Source of the DNA: an uncultured bacterium
Lineage (GTDB): Bacteria > Patescibacteriota > Minisyncoccia > UBA6257 > 2-01-FULL-56-20
Length of the DNA: 64,000 bases
Assembly: GCA_963844965.1 (NCBI GenBank)
Contig: CAWJQC010000007.1
Location: 192,001-256,000, forward strand
Reading direction: 5' to 3'
Part shown: positions 56,552-64,000 of the stretch, in pieces
Numbering within the stretch: position 1 is the stretch's first letter
Layout: each line of letters opens with the position of its first letter
The notes under the pieces: model-generated
What the model was told of the DNA's origin: nothing
Databases searched by the model: none
What the model saw: only the letters and a program-made list of their open reading frames with translations
Program-made: the position numbers and the translations under genes

Positions 56552-57163
56552 ATGGAAAATTTGGATAAAAAAATAGCGGAACTGGAGGCTTTGCTCTTCA
56601 TCCATGGAGAGCCGCTCTCGGTGAAGAAAATCGCGCCGATTTTGGAACTTAAGATTGAAGAAGCGAAAGAGGTTGTTGAGGAACTCAAGAAGCGTCTGGA
56701 ATCGGACGAGAGGGGATTGGCGTTGGTTTCCGACGAAGAGCGCGTTCAACTCACGACAAAACCGCAGTTCGGAAAAATCCTGGAGAAGTTCATCAAGGAA
56801 GAGCTTTCGGAGGATTTGACGCCGGCGAGTTTGGAGGCTCTGGCGATCGTGGTGTACTTTGCGCCGATTTCGCGCAGCCGACTTGAGTATTTGCGCGGAG
56901 TAAACTCCATTTTCATTTTGCGGAGCCTGCTTTTGCGTGGCCTGGTTGAGAGATATCCGGATCCCGCCCGACCGAACGCTTTCCTCTACAAGCCGACGTT
57001 CGATTTGCTGAAGCATCTTGGTCTCAAAAACCGCGAAGAACTGCCAGAATTCGGAAAATTCCAGGATTTGCTCAAAAGGTTTGAATCGTCGGGCGGTGTT
57101 GCCGTACCGCAGCAACCGCCCGAAGCGAGCTACGGCGACGTACAAAGCGAGTTGACGCAGTAG
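56552..57163 (+). CDS. scpB: segregation and condensation protein B
   Basis: LEALLFIHGEPLSVKKIA winged-helix ScpB signature; immediately follows scpA. Confidence 0.8.
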   Translation: MENLDKKIAELEALLFIHGEPLSVKKIAPILELKIEEAKEVVEELKKRLESDERGLALVSDEERVQLTTKPQFGKILEKFIKEELSEDLTPASLEALAIVVYFAPISRSRLEYLRGVNSIFILRSLLLRGLVERYPDPARPNAFLYKPTFDLLKHLGLKNREELPEFGKFQDLLKRFESSGGVAVPQQPPEASYGDVQSELTQ

Positions 57164-57193
57164 AATTCAAAGATTTTTTAACTTTACATTTGC

Positions 57194-58288
57194 ATGTCCG
57201 ACAATTTTCACAAGTTTCTGTTTCTCGGCGCGATGCTTGTGCTTACGGTTTTCGCGAGCAGAAGTTCGGGATTGGATGGCACCGCGGTCACGAACGGTTC
57301 GTCGCCGGTTGTTGCGGGAGGCGACACCTCTACTGTCGCCGTCGGCTTGCCGCCGCTCAATCCGACTGGCGATTCGTATGGCGCCGCGAGTGCCATCGGG
57401 AAAAATACCATAGATGACGCGTCGGGTGCTGATTTATCTGTGGGATCTTCAACTGATGCGGCCACTGTTCGGGATAATAAGGCCGGCGTGGGTGACGCTG
57501 GTTTTTATTCGCGGTCTGGTGCTGAAATTGTTGATTCGGTGTTCAGTCGCCTCAGTGATGAGCAGGCGCCCGAAACCGGCGCAAAGATCGCGCTCGTTGC
57601 CGACCTAGAGAGTGGCAATAATTTTTACGCGATGAACGCGGCCATGCGCTGGCCTGTGGCGTCAATCACTAAACTTATGACCGCCGAGATTATTTTCAAG
57701 AACGAGCTATTTAACGAATCAACCACGATTACCGACGCCGAATTTACCGTGGACGGTTCAACCCACGACCTGAAGGCGGGCGAAAGATACAGTTTGGCCG
57801 ATCTCCTTAATGCGATGCTTGTTGAGTCAAACAACGAAACGGCAATGGCGCTTGCCGACTCTTTCGGCTACGACGCGTTTATGAAAGCGATGAATGAAGA
57901 AGCGAAAAATTTGGGACTTGACGGTACTTATTTCAGCGATCCGGTGGGACTTGCGGCAGCGAATCAGTCCACCGCCGACGACCTTTTAGCCTTTACTCAG
58001 CACATCTATGCCGAGTACCCAGATATTCTCAGGTTAACGCGAAAAACTTCTGCTTCGCTCCGAGACCTTAACTCTGGCGCGAGGATTACGGTCAAAAGCA
58101 TAAACAATTTCGCCGGACGCGCCGATTTTTTGGGCGGTAAGACTGGTTATACCGACGACGCAAGCGGCAACCTACTCTCAATTTTTTCCTATGAAAAGCG
58201 GCCGATTTTGATTATAGTTATGGGAACAGAGGACCGCTTCGGCGACACGCAGAAGCTATTGGATTGGTTTGAGAATAACTACAAATAA
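57194..58288 (+). CDS. D-alanyl-D-alanine carboxypeptidase (S11 serine peptidase) with Ser/Gly-rich N-terminal region
   Basis: SxxK (ASITK), SxN (ESNNE) and KTG (GKTGYT) motifs. Confidence 0.75.
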   Translation: MSDNFHKFLFLGAMLVLTVFASRSSGLDGTAVTNGSSPVVAGGDTSTVAVGLPPLNPTGDSYGAASAIGKNTIDDASGADLSVGSSTDAATVRDNKAGVGDAGFYSRSGAEIVDSVFSRLSDEQAPETGAKIALVADLESGNNFYAMNAAMRWPVASITKLMTAEIIFKNELFNESTTITDAEFTVDGSTHDLKAGERYSLADLLNAMLVESNNETAMALADSFGYDAFMKAMNEEAKNLGLDGTYFSDPVGLAAANQSTADDLLAFTQHIYAEYPDILRLTRKTSASLRDLNSGARITVKSINNFAGRADFLGGKTGYTDDASGNLLSIFSYEKRPILIIVMGTEDRFGDTQKLLDWFENNYK

Positions 58289-58293
58289 CATAT

Positions 58294-58382
58294 AACATAC
58301 GAAATTACGAAAACATACGAAAGTACGAAAAAATGCAGGAATCCTATTTCGTATGTTCGTACGGTTTCGTACTTTCGTAAGA
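58294..58382. repeat. array of about seven TACGAAA/TTTCGTA heptamers forming nested inverted repeats
   Basis: acatacgaaattacgaaaacatacgaaagtacgaaa ... tttcgtatgttcgtacggtttcgtactttcgta; upstream of mraY. Confidence 0.55.
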
Positions 58383-58398
58383 AACGAGCAAAGCGAGT

Positions 58399-59442
58399 AT
58401 GATTTTTCAAACCGTTCGCATAATAGTTCTAACGACTATCGCATTTGTCGTCGCCCTGATCACGACGCCCTTTTGGAGCAGATTTCTCATCAAAAGTAAA
58501 CTCAGCAAGCAGATCAGGAGTGGGACGGACACGCCGATCTTCCAGAAATTCCATGAAAAGAAAGCCGGCACGCCGACTGGCGGCGGCATAATCATCTGGT
58601 CTACCGTTCTGGGTCTCGCCGTTATCTTCGGGATACTTAACAGATTTTTTGACGGTTTCTGGACGTATCTGAATTTCATCAATCGCGCGGAAACGTATCT
58701 GCCGCTCGCGACCCTTTTCATCGCTGCCATACTTGGATTGCTTGATGACTGGTTCGGGACCCTGCGCATCGGCGGCGCGGCTGGCGGCGGGCTTAAAATC
58801 AGGCACAAATCCATTTTATACATAATTATTGCGGCAATCGGCGCCTGGTGGTTTTACTTCAAGCTCGGCTGGGATGTGATAAACGTCCCACTGGTAGGCA
58901 GTTTTCAGATCGGTTGGTGGTATATACCGATCTTCATATTCATCATTTTTGCAAGCGCTTTTTCGGCGAACGAAACCGACGGCTTGGACGGGCTTTTGGG
59001 CGGCGTTTCGCTCTTCGCTTTCGTCGCCCTGACTACCGTCGCTTTCGTGCTTCACCGTTACGATCTCGCGGCTTTCGGCGGCGCGATGATCGGGGCACTC
59101 CTGGCATTTCTCTGGTACAATATTTATCCCGCGAAGTTTTTCATGGGCGACACCGGCTCAATGTCCCTGGGTATCACGATAGGCGTGACTTCCATGCTCA
59201 CGAACACCACCCTGCTCCTGCCGTTTTTCGCGATAATTCTGGTTATTGAATCCATTTCTGTGCTTGTGCAGGTCTTGAGCAAAAAACTGCGGCACAAGAA
59301 AATTTTTCTCTCAACGCCGATCCATCATCATTTTGAAGCGCTCGGCTGGCCCGAGTCGCAGGTGACGATGAGGTTTTGGATCATTTCGGCGGTGTTCGCC
59401 TCGTTGGGACTCGTGATTTTCTTTTTGTCCAGATTCCTGTAG
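58399..59442 (+). CDS. mraY: phospho-N-acetylmuramoyl-pentapeptide transferase
   Basis: Ten-TM layout, LGLLDDWFG aspartate motif, TPTGGG, HHHFE motif. Confidence 0.9.
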   Translation: MIFQTVRIIVLTTIAFVVALITTPFWSRFLIKSKLSKQIRSGTDTPIFQKFHEKKAGTPTGGGIIIWSTVLGLAVIFGILNRFFDGFWTYLNFINRAETYLPLATLFIAAILGLLDDWFGTLRIGGAAGGGLKIRHKSILYIIIAAIGAWWFYFKLGWDVINVPLVGSFQIGWWYIPIFIFIIFASAFSANETDGLDGLLGGVSLFAFVALTTVAFVLHRYDLAAFGGAMIGALLAFLWYNIYPAKFFMGDTGSMSLGITIGVTSMLTNTTLLLPFFAIILVIESISVLVQVLSKKLRHKKIFLSTPIHHHFEALGWPESQVTMRFWIISAVFASLGLVIFFLSRFL

Positions 59443-59555
59443 GAAGGTGCTAAGTGTTTTGCTTTTTGAGTGAGATTTGACGAGGAATGTCTGGGTTGAT
59501 ATAAGTATAGTAGCGATAAATCAAATACTATTACTATCCTTGCGAGGAGGTAGCT

Positions 59556-59777
59556 ATGGCGCAACGCCCGCCAGTGGCCTTTGTGATACTTCTGCGAGTG
59601 CAGGAGATTGACATGACCGGAAAGATAGAACAACTTTTAAAAGAACTCCGTCTCGGGATAGAAGGAGAAGGCAGATTTAATTCCTTGCCGCGTCGATGCG
59701 GCAAGTGCGGGACGATAGTATATGCCAACAGGACAAAATTCCGTTGCCCATATTGCGGAAAAGTTATCAAGTTGTAG
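59556..59777 (+). CDS. small zinc-ribbon protein
   Basis: CGKCGT...CPYCG four-Cys ribbon; start codon uncertain. Confidence 0.35.
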   Translation: MAQRPPVAFVILLRVQEIDMTGKIEQLLKELRLGIEGEGRFNSLPRRCGKCGTIVYANRTKFRCPYCGKVIKL

Positions 59778-60021
59778 TTTTTCAAAAGCTTCTCTGTTGG
59801 CTGCAGTTTAAGGCCGCGCATTAGACGGAGCAACAGAAGTAAGACAGAATGCCCGCGGGCGTGATACCCGCGGGATTTATTTTTGCCAATGCAAAATTAT
59901 CATCGGGCCTCACCATTTTCTCTCCAGATCTTTATAGAAGCGTTCCTACTGGTATTGACAAAGAGCGGCATTGCGCCGCATACTTTCTACGGTTGGTATT
60001 TTACAACCAAGGAGGATAGTT

Positions 60022-60390
60022 ATGCGCAGGAATGACGCTGGTTCCGGCTTGTCCAAAGTATTAATTGTGGTAGCTGTAGTAGCTGCGATTTCATTCATCA
60101 TTGCGATGGTTGTCCTTGAATATCAATCACATGCCAGGCCCGATGTGGAGTTGAGCGGCTGGGTCAGGAACGTAAACATTGTTTATGACTCTACTATTGT
60201 CGCTGTTGAGAAAGACGGCGACATCACGCCGCAGTCATATGAGCTGATCGGCAAACACTCTGAACTTTGGAAGGGCGAGCATGTTTGGCTAAGGCTTCAC
60301 TTCCGTCCTTACAGAGAGGAATACGAAATCGTCGGCTTCAAGCGACTCGGCCCCGACGACAAATCCAGGCCGTTGATAGTAAGTCATTGA
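60022..60390 (+). CDS. hypothetical membrane-anchored protein
   Basis: Single N-terminal TM (LIVVAVVAAISFIIAMVVL). Confidence 0.4.
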   Translation: MRRNDAGSGLSKVLIVVAVVAAISFIIAMVVLEYQSHARPDVELSGWVRNVNIVYDSTIVAVEKDGDITPQSYELIGKHSELWKGEHVWLRLHFRPYREEYEIVGFKRLGPDDKSRPLIVSH

Positions 60391-60424
60391 GTTTTCGCGG
60401 AAAAGCCCCACCATTTGGTGGGGC

Positions 60425-60495
60425 GGTTCTTTTGCGGCGCATATTTTTATAAAAAAAGAGCCCTCGCCGGTTCCGACCGGCGAGGGGTTTGGAGA
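60425..60495. terminator. pair of GC hairpins with U-runs (terminators)
   Basis: gccccaccatttggtggggc + ttctttt; ccctcgccgg-ttccga-ccggcgaggg + gttt. Confidence 0.5.
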
Positions 60496-60857
60496 ATTGA
60501 AAGTGAGCGGGGTGCTCAAGAAGCGTGGACGATGTAGTCCTTATGACTGGAATACGGCGCCAGCCCGAAGGGCGCAGCGGCTCCGTGAGTGAACCAGAAC
60601 GCCCTTTTGGAACTTTGAACATTGTTCTCGGCCATCCTCAACATTTTAAGCTGGCCTTTCCCGTGGTCATAGTCCTTTTTGGGGTTAAAGCCGTCCCTGA
60701 GTATTTCTTCCTCTGAGCTGTCTTAATTATAGCAGATAACAAATTTAATGTCAAGCCCATTCCCAAGCGCCAAAAGCGGTGTTAATCTTTATAAAACAAG
60801 TCGTTTATTGGATGGTTTTTTCTATTTTCTACTTTCTAATTTCTATTTTCTAAACCA

Positions 60858-62105
60858 ATGCTTCAATCCGAACTTTTCACCAAGGTTTCGCGGGACGCGC
60901 CCAGCGATGAAGCCGCTTTGAGCGCCAAACTGCTCACGCGGGCGGGATTTGTGAGTAAGGTGATGGCCGGCGTTTACGAGTTTATGCCGCTCGGTTTGCG
61001 CGTCTTGAACAAGATCAACGCCGTCATCCGCGACGAGATGGACAAAACGGGCGCGCAGGAAATTTTCATGTCCGTTTTGCAGAACAAGGAGACATGGGCG
61101 AAGAGCGGGCGGTGGGAAACGGCGAAAGACGTCATGTATCAATTCAAGGACGCTTCCGGCAAAGAAGTCGGTCTCGGCTGGACGCACGAGGAGCCGCTCA
61201 CGGTCGCTGCCAAGAAATATATAAGTTCCTATCGGGACTTGCCGCGCGCCGTCTACCAGATCCAGACGAAGTTCAGGAACGAACCGCGGGCGAAGTCCGG
61301 CCTTTTGCGCAGCAAGGAATTTTTAATGAAGGATTTGTATAGTTTCCACGCCAGCGAAGAATGCCTGAATAAATATTACGAGCGCGTTGCCGTCGCTTAC
61401 GGCAATATATTCAAGAGAATTGGTCTGAACGCGCTGCGCACGGTGGCTTCCGGCGGTCTGTTCTCAAAATATTCCGACGAATTCCAGGTGCTTTGCGACG
61501 CCGGCGAGGATACGATTTTCCATTGCGAGAATTGTCCTTATGCCGCCAATCTTGACGTAGCCGAAGAACTTAAACTTAAGAATAAATGTCCAGCCCGCCT
61601 GCCGGACGGGCAGGAATGCGGGGGAAAGATAAAAAAGGCGAAAAGCATAGAAGTCGGCAATATTTTCAAGCTGGGAACGAAGTTCTCGGAAGCGTTCGGC
61701 CTGACTTTTAAGGATGAAAAAGGCGCCGAAAAACCGGTGATTATGGCTTCATACGGCATAGGGCCGGGGAGAGTGCTAGCGACTATCGTGGAAATTCATC
61801 ATGACGAAGCGGGAATTATCTGGCCGGAGGCGGTCGCGCCCTTCCGGGTGCATTTATTGGAGCTTGGCGGTGCGAAGGGCGAAGAGTTGTACAAATCTTT
61901 ACAAAAAGGTGGAATTGACGTACTCTATGACACGAGAGACATGTCGGCGGGCGAGAAATTCGCCGAGGCCGATCTTATCGGAATTCCTTGGCGCGCAGTC
62001 GTAAGCCAGAAAACCGGCGACAAAGTGGAGATAAAAAAACGTGGCGAAAAGGAGACGAAGCTAATGGACGTCAAGGAAGTCATCAAACAAATAAGTAATT
62101 CGTAA
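60858..62105 (+). CDS. proS: prolyl-tRNA synthetase (class II)
   Basis: Motif 2 FRNEPRAKSGLLRSKEFLMKDLYSF and motif 3 region; 415 aa. Confidence 0.85.
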   Translation: MLQSELFTKVSRDAPSDEAALSAKLLTRAGFVSKVMAGVYEFMPLGLRVLNKINAVIRDEMDKTGAQEIFMSVLQNKETWAKSGRWETAKDVMYQFKDASGKEVGLGWTHEEPLTVAAKKYISSYRDLPRAVYQIQTKFRNEPRAKSGLLRSKEFLMKDLYSFHASEECLNKYYERVAVAYGNIFKRIGLNALRTVASGGLFSKYSDEFQVLCDAGEDTIFHCENCPYAANLDVAEELKLKNKCPARLPDGQECGGKIKKAKSIEVGNIFKLGTKFSEAFGLTFKDEKGAEKPVIMASYGIGPGRVLATIVEIHHDEAGIIWPEAVAPFRVHLLELGGAKGEELYKSLQKGGIDVLYDTRDMSAGEKFAEADLIGIPWRAVVSQKTGDKVEIKKRGEKETKLMDVKEVIKQISNS

Positions 62106-62180
62106 TTGGTAACTGGTAATTGGCTGGTTCGGAAAAGATCCAAACAACCTAATCAGCCGATTACCAATTACTATTTACCG
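62101..62180. repeat. long hairpin built from GGTAATTGG/CCAATTACC units after proS
   Basis: taattggtaactggtaattgg ... ccgattaccaattactatttacc. Confidence 0.5.
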
Positions 62181-62185
62181 CTTTC

Positions 62186-63229
62186 ATGAAATTTTTTGAT
62201 AAAATTTTCAACGACATTGGTATTGACCTCGGTACGGCGAATTCGCTCGTGTATTTCAGGAATCGCGGCATTGTCGTGAACGAGCCGACGGTTGCCGCGG
62301 TGAATAACAAGACGAACAAGATCTTGTCCATCGGGGAAGACGCGAAAAAAATGCTCGGGCGGACTCCGGGGCACATAAACGTTATCCGGCCGCTCGTGAA
62401 CGGCGTTATTTCGGATTTTGACATGACGCAGGAATATTTGCGCGAGCTTTTGCGGCGTCCGAGAACCAACCCGATTTTAAGTTATAGAAGGGCCATTCTT
62501 TCCATTCCCAATAATCTTACGGAGGTGGAACAGAAGTCGGTTGAGGACGCCGGACTGAACGCCGGTTGCTCACGCGTTTATCTCGTGGAGTCAACGACTG
62601 CCGCGGCTCTCGGCGCCGACATGCCCATAAGCGAGCCGTCGGCGAGTTTGATAATAGATATCGGCGGCGGCACGACGGACATCGCCGTGATTTCCCTGGG
62701 AGGTACCGTTGTTTCGCGGACATTGAAAGTCGCCGGCGACAAGCTTAACGATGACATCGTCAGGTTTGTCCGCGACGAATTCCGTTTGGCAATCGGCGAA
62801 CCGACGGCCGAGTACGCGAAGATCGCCGTTGGTTCCGCCGTTCCCATGGACGACAGATTGGAAGTGCCGATACGCGGGCGCGATTACACCTCCGGTCTTC
62901 CGAAAGAGGTCATCATAAAGAACAATCACATACGCGCCGCGATCCAGAAATCGCTGCGCACCATAACGGATTCCGTGCGGGAGGTGATAGAGGAAACGCC
63001 GCCGGAGCTCGTGGGCGATATTTTGAGTCATGGGATCTACGTTTGCGGCGGCGGCGCGATGCTCCGCGGCTTGGACGAACTTTTGGGCAAGGAAGCGGCC
63101 GTACCCGTGCGCATCGTGGATGAGCCCCTGACCTGCGTGGCGCGCGGACTGGGCAGAATGGTTGAAGATTTTGACGCCTACAGAGCATTGCTCAATAACC
63201 CGCCAAAGCCGCTGTCAATCAACTTGTAG
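62186..63229 (+). CDS. mreB: rod-shape determining actin homologue MreB
   Basis: IGIDLGTANSLVY, actin-fold motifs throughout. Confidence 0.9.
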   Translation: MKFFDKIFNDIGIDLGTANSLVYFRNRGIVVNEPTVAAVNNKTNKILSIGEDAKKMLGRTPGHINVIRPLVNGVISDFDMTQEYLRELLRRPRTNPILSYRRAILSIPNNLTEVEQKSVEDAGLNAGCSRVYLVESTTAAALGADMPISEPSASLIIDIGGGTTDIAVISLGGTVVSRTLKVAGDKLNDDIVRFVRDEFRLAIGEPTAEYAKIAVGSAVPMDDRLEVPIRGRDYTSGLPKEVIIKNNHIRAAIQKSLRTITDSVREVIEETPPELVGDILSHGIYVCGGGAMLRGLDELLGKEAAVPVRIVDEPLTCVARGLGRMVEDFDAYRALLNNPPKPLSINL

Positions 63230-63274
63230 TTGCGCGGATGAACGCGGATTTCCACGCTGATTAGCGTTGATAAA

Positions 63275-63973
63275 ATGCACAGAACTAACTGGATATTGAT
63301 TATACTCATAGTCGTTTTGGCGGCCTTAATTTTATTCCAGCCGCATTACGGCTGGGAGGTGAGGAAATTTCTGGCGCCGAGCTCAACGCAGCTGAACGGC
63401 GCTTCCGGCAATCTGGCGGCCGAGAACGAGAAGCTGAAAGCCGAGCTCGCGAAGCTCCGAAGTATTCAGGCCCAATTCCCGGATAGATCGCCGGATTATA
63501 TCGGCGCCATGGTTTACTCGCGCTACCCGCTGAACTTCAAGAACGAGCTTCTGCTCAACGCAGGAACGCACGACGGCGTGGTGGTGGATAAGGCTGTTAT
63601 CGCGGACGGAATTCTGATCGGCAAGATTAGCCAAGTTTTTGACACCACCGCGCTCGTTCAGACCATGTTTGACAGCGATTTTCAAACCGCCGTGCGGATT
63701 GGTTCTGCCGGCTTGCCCGCCGGAGCCTTGGCGAAGGCGGGAACGCAGTCGCTTTTGCGCGGCGGAACACTGCCGAAGCTTACTCTTATCCCATTGAACG
63801 CGGGCGTTTCAAGCGGCGACATCGTCTATTCCGCCTCGCCGGATTTTCCCTACGGCCTGCCTATCGGCGAAGTCGCAACGGTCGCGACTTCTTCCGATAA
63901 TCTCTTCCGCGAGGCGACGCTTAACTTCGCTTACGATATAAATTCCGTGAGCGCGGTTCTTGTTGCGAAATAA
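63275..63973 (+). CDS. mreC: rod-shape determining protein MreC-like
   Basis: N-terminal TM, coiled coil (ENEKLKAELAKL), beta-rich C-terminal domain; follows mreB. Confidence 0.75.
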   Translation: MHRTNWILIILIVVLAALILFQPHYGWEVRKFLAPSSTQLNGASGNLAAENEKLKAELAKLRSIQAQFPDRSPDYIGAMVYSRYPLNFKNELLLNAGTHDGVVVDKAVIADGILIGKISQVFDTTALVQTMFDSDFQTAVRIGSAGLPAGALAKAGTQSLLRGGTLPKLTLIPLNAGVSSGDIVYSASPDFPYGLPIGEVATVATSSDNLFREATLNFAYDINSVSAVLVAK

Positions 63974-64000
63974 TATTTTAATTTGCTAGCCAGTTAGACG

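Overview
The window reads as a 64-kb stretch of a small-genome, moderately GC-rich bacterium, possibly an uncultivated or CPR-like lineage. Supporting signs are giant type IV pilin-like proteins, an [FeFe]-hydrogenase-like gene, two-subunit 2-oxoacid:ferredoxin oxidoreductase plus acetyl-CoA synthetase, and many palindromic intergenic repeat arrays. Core genes present: ppsA (5' truncated by the window edge), enolase, a NifS/NifU/Nfu/ferredoxin Fe-S cluster, acs, prfB with the canonical CTT-TGA-C programmed +1 frameshift, ftsE/ftsX, pilB/pilC plus four prepilin genes, dnaX, scpA/scpB, a D-Ala-D-Ala carboxypeptidase, mraY, proS, mreB/mreC, two ABC-2 exporters, and tRNA-Thr and tRNA-Gln genes. 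Accessory content worth a second look: (1) A tandem array downstream of ppsA in which the last 14 codons plus stop of ppsA recur three times (2395-2436, 3590-3631, 4358-4399). Each copy closes a small cassette with its own promoter and cargo, one being an HTH-GHKL ATPase plus a STAS-like protein; this looks like serial site-specific integration into a gene 3' end without a resident integrase. (2) A low-GC island (about 27.1-30.6 kb) carrying a complete LexA repressor fused in one polypeptide to a beta-class DNA methyltransferase, flanked by hypothetical genes and a GIY-YIG nuclease. (3) An IS200/IS605-type Y1 transposase bounded by perfect 20-bp inverted repeats and REP-like GC hairpins. (4) A tRNA-Thr whose 3' 17 nt are duplicated 147 bp downstream across a cluster of hairpins. 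(5) Recurrent short-motif palindrome arrays (TTAACG, TACGAAA, CCAATTAC), one inserted in-frame into nifS. Several conserved genes (glgC, a CheY-like receiver, pilB, dnaX, a Thr/Pro-rich protein) carry single-nucleotide frameshifts, some as closely spaced compensating pairs. Because essential dnaX is affected, this most likely reflects indel errors in the assembly rather than true pseudogenes.
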